Assembly (NCBI GenBank): GCA_041659285.1
Contig: JBAZYO010000020.1
Location: 1,580 to 65,579, forward strand
Length of the DNA: 64,000 nucleotides
Direction of reading: 5' to 3'
Source of the DNA: Vicinamibacterales bacterium
Lineage (GTDB): Bacteria; Acidobacteriota; Vicinamibacteria; Vicinamibacterales; UBA2999
Shown: positions 30,737 through 40,906 of the stretch, piece by piece
Layout of the letters: each line of letters opens with the position of its first letter
How positions within the stretch are numbered: position 1 is the stretch's first letter
Notes under the pieces: generated by a model
Told to the model about the DNA's origin: nothing
The model's input: the letters and a program-made list of their open reading frames with translations, nothing else
Databases searched by the model: none
Position numbers and translations under genes: made by a program

Positions 30737-33537
30737 TCCCCGACCTTGACGCTCAGGGCCGCCTGCGCCGCCGCCAGCCGCGCCACCGGCACGCGATACG
30801 GCGAGCAGCTCACGTAGTCGAGCCCGACCTTGTGGAAGAAGTGCACCGACGCCGGATCGCCGCCGTGCTCTCCGCAGATACCGAGCTTGAGGTCGGGCCG
30901 CGCGACGCGCCCCTTCGCCACGGCCATCGCGACCAGCTGGCCGGTGCCCATGGCGTCGAAGGTCGCGAACGGATCGCGGTCGAGGATCTTCTTGTCCTGG
31001 TAGACGCGCAGGAACTTGCCGACGTCATCGCGGGAGAACCCGAACGTCATCTGCGTGAGGTCGTTGGTGCCGAAGGAGAAGAACTGCGCTTCCTTCGCCA
31101 CTTCGTCGGCGGTCAGCGCCCCGCGCGGCACCTCGATCATGGTGCCGACGAGGTACTTGATCTTGATCCCCTGCTCCTTGATGACGGCGGCGGCCACCCG
31201 ATCCACCACCACCTTCTGGTTGCGGAACTCGCGCACGTCGCCGACCAGCGGAATCATGATCTCGGGGACGACCTTGAGGCCTTCTTTGTTGAGCCGGCAC
31301 GCGGCCTCCATGATCGCCCGCGTCTGCATCTCGGTGATCTCGGGATACGTGATCCCGAGCCGCACGCCGCGGTGGCCGAGCATGGGGTTGAACTCGTGGA
31401 GCTGCTCCACGCGCGCGAGCAGCGCCTTCTTGTCGTCGAGCGCCTGGCCCTTGACGCCCTTGGCCTCCATGACGGCCACTTCCACCATCAGGTCTTCGCG
31501 CTTGGGCAGGAACTCATGGAGCGGCGGATCGATGGTGCGGATCGTGACCGGGGTGCCCTTCATCCCCTTGAACACGCCGTAGAAGTCTTCGCGCTGAAGC
31601 GGCAGCAGCTCGTCGAGCGCCGCCCGGCGGTCGGCCTCGTTGTCGGCCAGGATCATGCGCTGGACGATGGGAATGCGGCCTTCGCCGAAGAACATGTGCT
31701 CGGTCCGGCACAGACCGATGCCGCGGGCGCCAAAGGCGTAGGCGAGCTCGGCCTGGTCCGGCTGGTCGGCGTTGGCGCGCACGCCCAGCCGGCGGAACCG
31801 GTCGGCCCATTCGAGAATGGTGTTGAAGCGCTGGTAAATCTGCGAGGCGGCCGGCTTCATCTTGCCGGCCACGACCTGCAGGATCTCGCTCGGCTGCGAC
31901 GCCACCTTGGCCAGCTTGACCTCGCCGGTGAGGCCGTCGAAGGCGATGTAGTCGCCTTCCTTCACGGTGTGGCCGTTCACCGTGAAGGTCTTGCCGTGCT
32001 CGTCAATGCGCAGCTCGCCGGCGCCGACGATCGAGGGCTTGCCCATCTGGCGTCCGACCACCGCGGCGTGCGAAGTCATGCCGCCGGTGGCGGTGAGAAT
32101 GCCCTGCGACACCCACATGCCGTGGATGTCGTCGGGCGCCGTCTCGCGGCGGACCAGGACGACCGCTTCGCCCTTGTCCGACCACGCCACCGCGGTCTCC
32201 GACGAGAACACCGCCTTGCCGCACGCCGCGCCGGGCGACGCCGGCAGGCCGCGGGTCACGGTCTCGATGCCCTTCCATTCCTTTTGGTCGAACCCGGGCG
32301 CCAGCAGTTGCGACAGCGCTTCGGGGTCCACGAGCAGGATCGCTTCCTTGGGCGTGACCAGCCGCTCCTTCGCCATGTCGGTCGCGATCACGACCGCGGC
32401 GTAGCCGGTGCGTTTGCCGCTGCGCGTCTGCAGCATGTAGAGCTTCTCGTCCTGGATGGTGAACTCGAAGTCCTGGATGTCCTTGTAGTGGCGCTCGAGC
32501 CGCGTCGTGATCTCGCGCAGCTGCTTGTAGGCCCTGGGCATCACCCGCTCGAGCTCCTTGATCGGCTGCGGCGTGCGGATGCCGGCCACCACGTCTTCGC
32601 CCTGCGCATTGATCAGGAACTCGCCGAAAAACTCCTTGACGCCGGTGGCCGGGTTGCGCGTGAAGCCGACGCCGGTGCCCGAGCGGTCGCCGGTGTTGCC
32701 GAACACCATCATCTGGATGTTGACGGCGGTGCCGATCGAATCCGGGATGTCGTAGATGCGGCGATATTCCCTGGCGCGGGCGTTATTCCACGAGCGGAAC
32801 ACGGCGTTGCGCGCCATCTTCAACTGGTCCATCGGATCCTGCGGGAACACCTTGTGGGTCTTCTTCTTGACGACGGCCTTGAACGCTTCGACGACTTCGC
32901 GCAGCGCGGCTTCGTCGAGGTCGGTGTCGAGCTGCGCGCCCCTGGCGTGCTTGATGGCCTCGAACTCGTGCTCGAACTCCGGCTTCGGGATCTCGAGCAC
33001 CACGCTGCCGAACATCTGCATGAAGCGGCGGTAGCTGTCGAAGGCGAAGCGGCCGTTCTGGGTCCGCGCCTTCAAGCCCTCGACGGCGACATCGTTGAGG
33101 CCAAGGTTGAGGATGGTGTCCATCATACCGGGCATCGAGAACTTCGCGCCCGAGCGCACTGACACCAAGAGCGGGTTCTTCGGCGAGCCGAGCGTGGCGC
33201 CGGCGGCTTTCTCCAGCTTGCGGAGGTTGGCGACGATCTCCGCCTCGACGCGGTCGGGCAGCTTGTTGTGCTCCTGGTAGTAGATGTTGCAGGCGTCGGT
33301 GGAGATCGTGAAGCCCGCGGGCACCGGCAGGCCGGCGTTGGTCATCTCGGCGAGGCCGGAGCCCTTGCCGCCCAGCGTGTCCTTCATGTAGCGGTCGCCG
33401 TCGGCCTTCCCGTTGCCGAAGAAGTACACGAACTTCGTGGGCTTTGAAGCAGTGGTCTTCTTCGCCACCTTCGTGGTTCGCTTCTTGGTGGCCGTCTTGG
33501 TGGCCGTTGCCTTCTTCTTGCCGCTCTTCTTCGCCAT
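30733..33537 (-). CDS. ppdK: pyruvate, phosphate dikinase with lysine-rich N-terminal tail
   Basis: The PPDK core begins at KFVYFFGNGKADGD. It has the phospho-His loop GGMTSHAAVVGR, plus RTEHMF and ICGEHGGDP motifs. The ATG at 33537 is preceded by AGGAG 8 nt upstream. Confidence 0.95.
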   Translation of the reverse strand: MAKKSGKKKATATKTATKKRTTKVAKKTTASKPTKFVYFFGNGKADGDRYMKDTLGGKGSGLAEMTNAGLPVPAGFTISTDACNIYYQEHNKLPDRVEAEIVANLRKLEKAAGATLGSPKNPLLVSVRSGAKFSMPGMMDTILNLGLNDVAVEGLKARTQNGRFAFDSYRRFMQMFGSVVLEIPKPEFEHEFEAIKHARGAQLDTDLDEAALREVVEAFKAVVKKKTHKVFPQDPMDQLKMARNAVFRSWNNARAREYRRIYDIPDSIGTAVNIQMMVFGNTGDRSGTGVGFTRNPATGVKEFFGEFLINAQGEDVVAGIRTPQPIKELERVMPRAYKQLREITTRLERHYKDIQDFEFTIQDEKLYMLQTRSGKRTGYAAVVIATDMAKERLVTPKEAILLVDPEALSQLLAPGFDQKEWKGIETVTRGLPASPGAACGKAVFSSETAVAWSDKGEAVVLVRRETAPDDIHGMWVSQGILTATGGMTSHAAVVGRQMGKPSIVGAGELRIDEHGKTFTVNGHTVKEGDYIAFDGLTGEVKLAKVASQPSEILQVVAGKMKPAASQIYQRFNTILEWADRFRRLGVRANADQPDQAELAYAFGARGIGLCRTEHMFFGEGRIPIVQRMILADNEADRRAALDELLPLQREDFYGVFKGMKGTPVTIRTIDPPLHEFLPKREDLMVEVAVMEAKGVKGQALDDKKALLARVEQLHEFNPMLGHRGVRLGITYPEITEMQTRAIMEAACRLNKEGLKVVPEIMIPLVGDVREFRNQKVVVDRVAAAVIKEQGIKIKYLVGTMIEVPRGALTADEVAKEAQFFSFGTNDLTQMTFGFSRDDVGKFLRVYQDKKILDRDPFATFDAMGTGQLVAMAVAKGRVARPDLKLGICGEHGGDPASVHFFHKVGLDYVSCSPYRVPVARLAAAQAALSVKVGD

Positions 33538-33553
33538 TGCGCCTCTACTCCTG

Positions 33554-35728
33554 CTAGTCCGATTCGGAAACGAGTTCGGAAACATCCGCGAGCTGGAGGA
33601 TCAATCCTTCCAGCCGTTTCAACAGCCGCAGCCGCGCGTCGCGCAGCGTCACGTCATCGGCCATCACCATCACATCATCGAAAAACTTCGCGACCGCCGG
33701 CCCGGCCTTGGCCGCCTCGGCAAACGCCTGGCGGTAGCCACTGCCCGACGCCACCGCCCGATCGATCACCGGTTGCAGGCGGTCGATCTCCACTGCCAGT
33801 GCGAGCTCGGAGGCGTCGGTCAGCGTGCCGCCGAGGTCTGGCGCCGCCTGGTCCAGGTTCCTGGCGATGTTCTTCACGCGCTTGAACAACACGGCGAGCT
33901 GCTTGAAGTCCGGTGACTCGGTGAACTCGGGCAGCGTTTCCAGCTTGCGCCGGGCCAGCAGCGGGCTGACCTGCGCCGGCGATCCGTGCGTGACTGCCCG
34001 CACGTTGCGGGTGTCGGACCCGCGCTGCTCGAGCACGAACCGGACGCGATCGATCATGAACGACCAGAAGGCATCGTCCAGGCCGCTGGCTGTGACCAGT
34101 TGCCCAAGCGTGAGCCGCAGGTCCAGTCCGGTGAACTCGGGCAGGTCCACGAGAATGCGGACAATGCCCTGCGCGGCACGGCGCAGCCCGTAGGGATCGC
34201 GGGAGCCGGTGGGACGCTCCCCCGCCGCGAACATGCCGGTCACGGTGTCGAGCTTGTCGGCCAGCGCGACGGCGGCCCAGGTAATCGCGGCCTTGCCGAG
34301 CTGGTCCTTCGTGGGCGGCGCGGTCGCTTCCACGCCGACCGGCAGGTAGTGGAAGTAGATGGCCTTCCACACCTCTTCGGGGCGGCCGTCTTCGCGGGCA
34401 TAAATGCCGCCCATGGTGCCCTGCAGTTCGGTGAGCTCGCGCACCATGTCGGTGGCGAGATCGGCCTTGCAGAGGAGACCCGCCTCCGCGGCGTGGTCCG
34501 CCAGGTCGGCGCGGCCGAACACGTCGGCGCAAATCCATCGCGCGAGCTTCTGCACGCGAATGGCCTTCTCCTGGTAGCTGCCCAGCTTCTTGTGGAACAG
34601 CACGGTACCGAGCCGATCGATGTACGACGCGAGCGGCTTGTCGCGATCCGCGTCGAAAAAGAAACGGGCGTCGCGCAGCCGCGCGGTCAGTACGCGCTCC
34701 ATGTTGCGCGCGATCACCTCCGGCTGCTCCGGCTCCATGTTGAGCACAGCCAGGAACACCGGCAGCAGCTGCCCGTGGTCGTTGTTCACCGGGAAGAAAT
34801 GCTGATGGTGAATCATGGTCGTGGTCAGCACTTCTTTAGGCAGCGTGAGGAACTCGTCGGCGAACCCGCCCGAGACCACGACGGGGTACTCGACCAGGTC
34901 CGGCACCTCATCGAGGATGCCCTGCCCGACCAGCGCGCTGGCGATGCGGCCGCCGCGCCGCCGCGCCTCGGCGTCGAGTTCGCGGGCGATGCGATCGTGA
35001 CGTTCGCCACGCTCGAGCACGACGAAGTTCTCGGCGAGGCGCTTGTGGTAGTCGTCGAAGTGCTTGACCCTGATGGCGCGGCCGGCCCGGCCGCTGGTCG
35101 TCAGGAAGCGATGGCCGTAGGTCGCGGGACCGGAATTCACCTCCAGCACGCGCGAGCTGCGGGCCGCCGCCGAGCGGCCGATGGTGACCGGGACGACGCG
35201 GCCGCCGTAGAGGCACAGCAGCCAGCGGATGGGGCGGCCAAACGGCAACTCGCCCTTGCCGTCGTCGAGCACCGCGTCCCAGCGCATCTGCTTCGGGAAC
35301 GACATCGAGCGCAGGACCCCGGCCACCACGCCGGGCAGCACGTCCACCGCGGCCTTGCCGCGCTGGTGCTTCCGCACGCCGATGTATTCGCCCTTGGGCG
35401 TCGTGATGCGCTCGATCTGGCCTTCGGGCACGCCCTGCTTCTTGGCGAAGCCGGCGCCCGCGGGCGTCAGCTTGCCGTCGGCGCCAAAGGCCGCCGAGAC
35501 CGGCGGGCCGGTGACGAGCTCTTCCAGGTCGGTCTGGCGCTCGCCGATCTTCCCGGCGTGCGCGACCAGGCGCCTCGGCGTGCTGTAGGTCTGCACGGGC
35601 TCATCGATCGACAGCCGCGCCTCCTTGAGCTTCGCTTCCAGCGCCTGCCCGATCTGCGTCGTCAGGCCCGGCAGCCAGCTGGCGGGGATCTCTTCGGTGC
35701 CAATTTCCAACAGCAGTTCGCGGTCCAC
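33554..35728 (-). CDS. glyS: glycine--tRNA ligase beta subunit
   Basis: Typical GlyS N-terminus (LLLEIGTEEIPA) and full-length similarity. The GTG start lies 1 nt after the glyQ stop. Confidence 0.95.
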   Translation of the reverse strand: MDRELLLEIGTEEIPASWLPGLTTQIGQALEAKLKEARLSIDEPVQTYSTPRRLVAHAGKIGERQTDLEELVTGPPVSAAFGADGKLTPAGAGFAKKQGVPEGQIERITTPKGEYIGVRKHQRGKAAVDVLPGVVAGVLRSMSFPKQMRWDAVLDDGKGELPFGRPIRWLLCLYGGRVVPVTIGRSAAARSSRVLEVNSGPATYGHRFLTTSGRAGRAIRVKHFDDYHKRLAENFVVLERGERHDRIARELDAEARRRGGRIASALVGQGILDEVPDLVEYPVVVSGGFADEFLTLPKEVLTTTMIHHQHFFPVNNDHGQLLPVFLAVLNMEPEQPEVIARNMERVLTARLRDARFFFDADRDKPLASYIDRLGTVLFHKKLGSYQEKAIRVQKLARWICADVFGRADLADHAAEAGLLCKADLATDMVRELTELQGTMGGIYAREDGRPEEVWKAIYFHYLPVGVEATAPPTKDQLGKAAITWAAVALADKLDTVTGMFAAGERPTGSRDPYGLRRAAQGIVRILVDLPEFTGLDLRLTLGQLVTASGLDDAFWSFMIDRVRFVLEQRGSDTRNVRAVTHGSPAQVSPLLARRKLETLPEFTESPDFKQLAVLFKRVKNIARNLDQAAPDLGGTLTDASELALAVEIDRLQPVIDRAVASGSGYRQAFAEAAKAGPAVAKFFDDVMVMADDVTLRDARLRLLKRLEGLILQLADVSELVSESD

Positions 35729-35729
35729 G

Positions 35730-36626
35730 TCAGGCTCCGGGCTTCGCGTCCGCGGGCATCTGCTGTGCCGCGTACTCTTTGCAAATGGCAATGGCGAGCT
35801 GGCGCACCCGCAGGATGTAGGCGGTGCGCTCGGTAACGCCGACGCTGCCGCTGGAGTCGAGCAGGTTGAACAGGTGCGAGCACTTCAGGCAGTACTCGAG
35901 CGCCGGCAGCAACAGCCCGCCCTTGAACAGCTCCTCGCCGAACGTGTAGTTCTCGTCGAACTGGTGGCGATGGAAGGACGAGAAGCGCTCGCGCTCGATG
36001 CCGGTGTCCCGGTTGAACGCGTACTTCGACTGCTCGACCTCTTCGCGCAAGCGGACGTCGCCGTACGACTTGCCGCCGCCCCATTCCAGGTCGTACACGT
36101 TGTCGACCTTCTGCAGGAACATGGCGATGCGCTCGAGGCCGTAAGTAATCTCGGCCGCGATCGGCGACAGGTCCATGCCGCCCACCTGCTGGAAGTAGGT
36201 GAACTGCGTGATCTCCATGCCGTCGAGCATCACCTGCCAGCCGATGCCCCAGGCGCCGAGCGTCGGCGACTCCCAGTTGTCTTCCTCGAACCGGATGTCG
36301 TGCTGCCGCGGGTTGATGCCGACCGCCTCGAGGCTGTCGAGGTAGATCTGCTGGATCTCGTCGGGGGCCGGCTTGAGGATCACCTGCAGCTGGTGGTGCT
36401 TGAACAGCCGATTCGGGTTCTGGCCGAAGCGCCCGTCGTCGGGCCGCCGCGACGGCTGCACGTAGGCCACGTGCCATGGTGCCGGGCCCAGCACGCGCAG
36501 CAGCGTTTCGGGATGCGAGGTGCCCGCGCCCACTTCGAGGTCGAGCGGCTGCTGGATCAAGCAGCCCTGCGAGGCCCAGAAGTGCTGGAGCTTGAGGATG
36601 AGGTCCTGGAATGTCACGCGGTTCAC
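35730..36626 (-). CDS. glyQ: glycine--tRNA ligase alpha subunit
   Basis: Highly conserved GlyQ sequence ([17 protein letters not shown] ... [14 protein letters not shown]). Confidence 0.97.
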   Translation of the reverse strand: MNRVTFQDLILKLQHFWASQGCLIQQPLDLEVGAGTSHPETLLRVLGPAPWHVAYVQPSRRPDDGRFGQNPNRLFKHHQLQVILKPAPDEIQQIYLDSLEAVGINPRQHDIRFEEDNWESPTLGAWGIGWQVMLDGMEITQFTYFQQVGGMDLSPIAAEITYGLERIAMFLQKVDNVYDLEWGGGKSYGDVRLREEVEQSKYAFNRDTGIERERFSSFHRHQFDENYTFGEELFKGGLLLPALEYCLKCSHLFNLLDSSGSVGVTERTAYILRVRQLAIAICKEYAAQQMPADAKPGA

Positions 36627-37267
36627 GAACGCCGCAGTTCGTTCAGCACGCGAACGGACCGGGGCTCCCTGTCGAGGTGCATCGTAATCAGCTTCCGATG
36701 AATCAGTTCAATTTCCCGCAGTACCCGGCTGGAGGCGCCCAGCGACTCCACGTCGCGCGGCGCGGTGCGCCGCACCCCGTCGAGAAACAACGCGGCCCCG
36801 CTCGACAGCGTCAGGTCTTCCGGATACACACCCTGCAACCGCAACAACCAACACTCGAAGTACCGGGCCAACGCCTCCACCGGCGTCCCCGTGACCAAGG
36901 CCTCGAGCGCGGACGTGCCCAGCCGATACAACCGCTCGTCGACGTCGGCGTCAGCCGCCCACTCGTCGATCAACTCGGCAAAGTAGTGGCTGTAGCCGAG
37001 CGCTTCCGGGCTCGGCGCCGACAGCGGTGACCGCACCGGCTCGGCGTAGTTCAACCCCACCAACTCGCGCCGCTCCTTCTCGAAGTACGACACCCGCACT
37101 TCGGTCAGCGGCTCGAGCGCGGCGCCAAACCGTTTGCGCGACTTTCCCGCATTGGGTGCAACGCCCCGCTTCTTGCCGCGGTCGCGGGTCAAAAACACCA
37201 CGATGCGGTCCGCTTCGCCCAGTTTGTAAGTGCGAAGAACGAGGGCTTCGGCCGTGTACAGCGGCAT
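36623..37267 (-). CDS. recO: DNA repair protein RecO
   Basis: OB-fold N-terminus ([27 protein letters not shown]). Its synteny upstream of glyQS is classical. Start moved to the ATG at 37267. Confidence 0.85.
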   Translation of the reverse strand: MPLYTAEALVLRTYKLGEADRIVVFLTRDRGKKRGVAPNAGKSRKRFGAALEPLTEVRVSYFEKERRELVGLNYAEPVRSPLSAPSPEALGYSHYFAELIDEWAADADVDERLYRLGTSALEALVTGTPVEALARYFECWLLRLQGVYPEDLTLSSGAALFLDGVRRTAPRDVESLGASSRVLREIELIHRKLITMHLDREPRSVRVLNELRRS

Positions 37268-37292
37268 TCCGTAGGCGCCATTGTACTTGCTT

Positions 37293-37353
37293 GGCACCCC
37301 TAAAGGGGTGCCCTACCGACCTACCGAACGAGGTGCCCTACCGAACGAGGTAG
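37293..37353. repeat. class-A REP hairpin (GGCACCCC-TAAA-GGGGTGCC-CTAC) plus direct duplication of half-stem + mgtE 3' end
   Basis: Hairpin at 37293-37316. GTGCCCTACCGA occurs at 37308-37319 and 37333-37344. CTACCGAACGAG occurs at 37321-37332 and 37338-37349. The mgtE stop (37338-37340) lies in the distal copy. Confidence 0.9.
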
Positions 37354-38705
37354 CGCAGGAAGATCGTGGCCAGCCCGAGGAACGAGGCGAACCCCACCAC
37401 GTCGGTAAACGTGGTGATGAATACCGAGGAGCCCAGCGCCGGGTCCACCTTCAGGGCCTTCAACCCGAGCGGCACCAGGGTGCCGGCGGTGGCCGCCACG
37501 AACATGTTGCAGACCATGGCCATGCCGAGCAGCAGGGCCAGCACCGGGTCGGCCTTGGTCGCCCACGCGACGCCGGCGGCGACCAGGCCCAGGGCAAAGC
37601 CGTTGGCGAGCCCGACCAGGGCCTCCTTGGCCAGCGCCTTCTTGCCGTTCGTCCAGCTCAACTCGCCGAGGGCCAGGCCGCGGACAATGACGGTCAGGGT
37701 CTGGGTGCCGGCGTTGCCGCCCATGCCGGCGACGATGGGCATGAAGATCGCCAGCGCCGTGACCTGCTGGATGGTGCCTTCAAACAGCGCCACCACCGAC
37801 GCCGCGACGAAGGCCGTAACCAGGTTGGCCAGCAGCCACGGCAGGCGCTTGCGGAAGGCCTCGCCCGCCGGAGTCGTGACCCGTTCATCACCCGACACGC
37901 CGGCCAGGCGCAGCAGGTCTTCCGAGGCCTCGTCCTTGATGACGTCGATGACGTCGTCCACGGTGACGACGCCGACGAGCTTGTTCTCCTCGTCGACCAC
38001 CGGCACGGCCAGCAGGTTGTACGACGCCACCTGGCGCGCCACTTCTTCCTGGTCGGTGTCGACGCGGACGCTGGTGACCTCCGCCGTCATGATCCGCTTG
38101 AGCGGCGTTTCAGGAGAGACGAGCAGCAACCGGCGCAACGAGGTGACGCCCACCAGGTGGCGGCGCGCGTCCACCACGTAGAGGTAGAACACCATCTCGA
38201 CGTCGCGCGAGCCCTGCAGCGCCGTGATGGCCTCGCCCACCGTCAGGTCTTCGCTCAGGGCAAAGACCTGCGGGTTCATGATGCGGCCCGCCGTCTGCTC
38301 GCCGTACTCGAGCAGGCTCTCGACCTGGCCCGACTCGCGGCGCCGCATCAACTCCAGCACTTCGCTGGACAACTCGTCCGGCAGGTAATCGATCAGCGCG
38401 GCGGCGTCGTCTGATGGAATTTCCTGCAACAACCGGGCAATCTCTTCGGCCGACCGGCCGGTCAGCAGCTTGGCGCCCTCTTCGGGCCCCATCTCGCTGA
38501 CGCTTTCCATCGCCAGGCGGCCGCTGCGTTCGACCAGCAGCGAAAACACCGCCTGCCGCTCGGTGTCGAGCAGCGATCCGAACACCGACGCCAGGTCCGC
38601 GGGGTGTTGTTTCTGGAGGAGGTTCAGCAGATTGGCCGTCGCGCCAATGCGGAGCAACCGCTTGACCGAGTCGAGGACGACGTCAATTCTGCGTGGCGGA
38701 GCCAT
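37338..38705 (-). CDS. mgtE: magnesium transporter MgtE
   Basis: MgtE N-domain, CBS pair and TM domain with GMGGNAGTQ. Confidence 0.95.
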   Translation of the reverse strand: MAPPRRIDVVLDSVKRLLRIGATANLLNLLQKQHPADLASVFGSLLDTERQAVFSLLVERSGRLAMESVSEMGPEEGAKLLTGRSAEEIARLLQEIPSDDAAALIDYLPDELSSEVLELMRRRESGQVESLLEYGEQTAGRIMNPQVFALSEDLTVGEAITALQGSRDVEMVFYLYVVDARRHLVGVTSLRRLLLVSPETPLKRIMTAEVTSVRVDTDQEEVARQVASYNLLAVPVVDEENKLVGVVTVDDVIDVIKDEASEDLLRLAGVSGDERVTTPAGEAFRKRLPWLLANLVTAFVAASVVALFEGTIQQVTALAIFMPIVAGMGGNAGTQTLTVIVRGLALGELSWTNGKKALAKEALVGLANGFALGLVAAGVAWATKADPVLALLLGMAMVCNMFVAATAGTLVPLGLKALKVDPALGSSVFITTFTDVVGFASFLGLATIFLRYLVR

Positions 38706-38742
38706 GGTGACGGAGCAAGTTTACACGCGAGGTCGCAGATTT

Positions 38743-38766
38743 GGCCGCACTAAAGTGCGGCCCTAC
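38743..38766. repeat. class-C REP hairpin (GGCCGCAC-TAAA-GTGCGGCC-CTAC)
   Basis: Perfect 8-bp stem. The CTAC tail (GTAG on the minus strand) contains the era stop codon TAG (38763-38765). Confidence 0.85.
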
Positions 38767-39662
38767 GATCGTTTCTTTCGTGATGGCAGCCCGAGTGAGT
38801 CGAGCATGCGCTCGTCCTCGCGCCAGCCCTCGCGCACCTTGACGTGCAGGTCGAGGAACACGCGCGCGTCGAAGAACTTTTCGAGCTCCTTCCGCGCCGC
38901 CGTGCCGATCTCCTTGATGCGCGAGCCCGCCCGCCCCACGAGGATCGGCTTCTGGCTGTCGCGGTCCACGAGGATGGTGCAGAAGAATCGCATCAGCCCC
39001 TTGGCGTCCGCCTCCTCGAACTTGTCCACGACCACGGCGGTGGAGAACGGCAGCTCGTCGCGCGTTTGTTGCAGGACCTGCTCGCGGACCAGTTCGGCGA
39101 CAAAGAACCGCTCGGGCTGGTCGGTGAGGTAGTCCTCGGGATAGATGGGCTCGCCCTCCGGCAAGTGCGTCAGCAACACCTGTTCGAGCCGGTCAACATT
39201 CTCGCCGGTCAGTGCCGACACCGGCACCAGGTCTGCAAAGCCGACTTCTTTCTCGTATTCAGCCAGGCGCGGGAGCAGCGATCCTTTGTCGGCGATGTCA
39301 ACCTTGTTGAGCACCAGGACCCGCGGCACCTTCGACTTGCGGATCACATCCATCAGATAGTCATCGCCGGCCCCACCCGGTTCGCTGCCATCGACGACGA
39401 CGGCAATGACGTCAACTTCCTTGAGGGTCTCGAGCGCGGCGTCGACCATGCGAACATTCAGGCGATGGAGCGGCTTGTGCACGCCCGGTGTGTCGAGGAA
39501 GACAATCTGCCCTTCTGGATACTGGCGGACGCCGACGATCCGGTTCCGGGTGGTCTGGGGCTTGTCGGACACAATCGCGATCTTCTGGCCGACCAGGCGA
39601 TTGAGCAGCGTGGACTTGCCGGCGTTGGGGCGGCCGATCAGGGCGACAAATCCGGCTTTCAT
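38763..39662 (-). CDS. era: GTPase Era
   Basis: G1 GRPNAGKST, G3 DTPG, G4 NKVD and a C-terminal KH domain. Confidence 0.96.
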   Translation of the reverse strand: MKAGFVALIGRPNAGKSTLLNRLVGQKIAIVSDKPQTTRNRIVGVRQYPEGQIVFLDTPGVHKPLHRLNVRMVDAALETLKEVDVIAVVVDGSEPGGAGDDYLMDVIRKSKVPRVLVLNKVDIADKGSLLPRLAEYEKEVGFADLVPVSALTGENVDRLEQVLLTHLPEGEPIYPEDYLTDQPERFFVAELVREQVLQQTRDELPFSTAVVVDKFEEADAKGLMRFFCTILVDRDSQKPILVGRAGSRIKEIGTAARKELEKFFDARVFLDLHVKVREGWREDERMLDSLGLPSRKKRS

Positions 39663-40906
39663 CGTGGCCCCTGGCTGCCGTTGGCCGTCGCCTCGTCATG
39701 CCGGCTCATGCGGACCCGCGTGATGCGGCGCTGCTCGGTCTCAAGGATCTCCACGTCGAGGCCGTCCAGGTCGAAGCGCTCGCCCACCGCGGGCACGCGG
39801 CCCAGGCGTGAGAGCAGGTAGCCTCCGACCGTCTCGAAGCCGTGCCCTTCGATCGTCACTTTCAGCAGGTTGGCCATCTCTTCCACGTGCACGCTGCCGC
39901 TGAACACGAATCGCCCCTGCCCTTCGTCGATAATCCGCTCGACTTCCACGTCGTACTCATCCCGGATCTCGCCGACGATTTCCTCCAGCAGGTCCTCGAC
40001 GGTGATGATGCCGGCGGTGCCGCCGTACTCATCCACGACGATGGCGCTCTGGATGCGCTTGCGCTGGAACTCCTTGAGCAGTTCCGGCACGCGCTTGGTC
40101 TCCGGCACGAAGTGCGCGGGCCGGATCAGCGGCGTGATCGGCCCCGAGGTGGGCGCCCCGCGCATGATCAGGTCTTTCACGAACACGAACCCCACCACGT
40201 TGTCGAGCGTCTCTTGGTAGACGGGGATGCGCGAGTACTGCTGCTCCCGGAACAACGCCTGGAGTTGTTCGATGGTGGAAGTCTGGTCGAGGCCGATGAT
40301 GTCGGGCCGCGGCGTCATCACTTCACGGACCATGGTTTCGCGGAAGTCCGCCAGGTTGCGAAGCAGCTGGCGGGCCTGGCCGTCCTGCGCGGCTTCCACC
40401 TCGGCCTGGACCGGCGTCGTGTCCTCGCTCGGTGGCGGCGCGGCGTGTCCGTTGCCGTTGGTGGCCCGTTCCTTCCGCCGGCTGGTGCCCATGCGCAGGA
40501 AGGCCGCGGTCAGCGGACGCAGCGTCTTGGCGACCACGTCGAACGATGGCAGCAGCACGTCGAGCACGCGCTCGGGGTCGCGCCGCACGACCAGCAACGG
40601 GATGAAATGCTCGCAGGTCACCATGATGCCGATCACCGACAGCACCAGCACCGGGAAGCCGGCCGGGTCCACGCCGGTCAGGCGCGCCACCAGCGCCGTG
40701 GACAGCACCGTGATAATCGAGAAGAGGATGCGGACCGGGATGAACAGCCGGCGCGGGTCGTCCAGGTACCACCCGAGCGCGTCATCGCGATCGGTGCGTT
40801 CGGCGTGGATGCGCAGCGACAGCCGCATCAGCGCGTTGAAACCGGCCGATACCGTGCCCAGGTAGGTGGCGGCGCACCCCAGGAGAAACAGCAGCAGCGG
40901 TGTCAT
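39659..40906 (-). CDS. CNNM/CorC-type hemolysin-family protein (DUF21-CBS pair-CorC_HlyC)
   Basis: Four N-terminal TM helices, a CBS pair (VMTPRPDI ... IPVYQETLDNVVGFV) and a CorC/HlyC C-terminal domain (VVDEYGGTAGIITVEDLLEEIVGEI). Confidence 0.9.
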   Translation of the reverse strand: MTPLLLFLLGCAATYLGTVSAGFNALMRLSLRIHAERTDRDDALGWYLDDPRRLFIPVRILFSIITVLSTALVARLTGVDPAGFPVLVLSVIGIMVTCEHFIPLLVVRRDPERVLDVLLPSFDVVAKTLRPLTAAFLRMGTSRRKERATNGNGHAAPPPSEDTTPVQAEVEAAQDGQARQLLRNLADFRETMVREVMTPRPDIIGLDQTSTIEQLQALFREQQYSRIPVYQETLDNVVGFVFVKDLIMRGAPTSGPITPLIRPAHFVPETKRVPELLKEFQRKRIQSAIVVDEYGGTAGIITVEDLLEEIVGEIRDEYDVEVERIIDEGQGRFVFSGSVHVEEMANLLKVTIEGHGFETVGGYLLSRLGRVPAVGERFDLDGLDVEILETEQRRITRVRMSRHDEATANGSQGPR

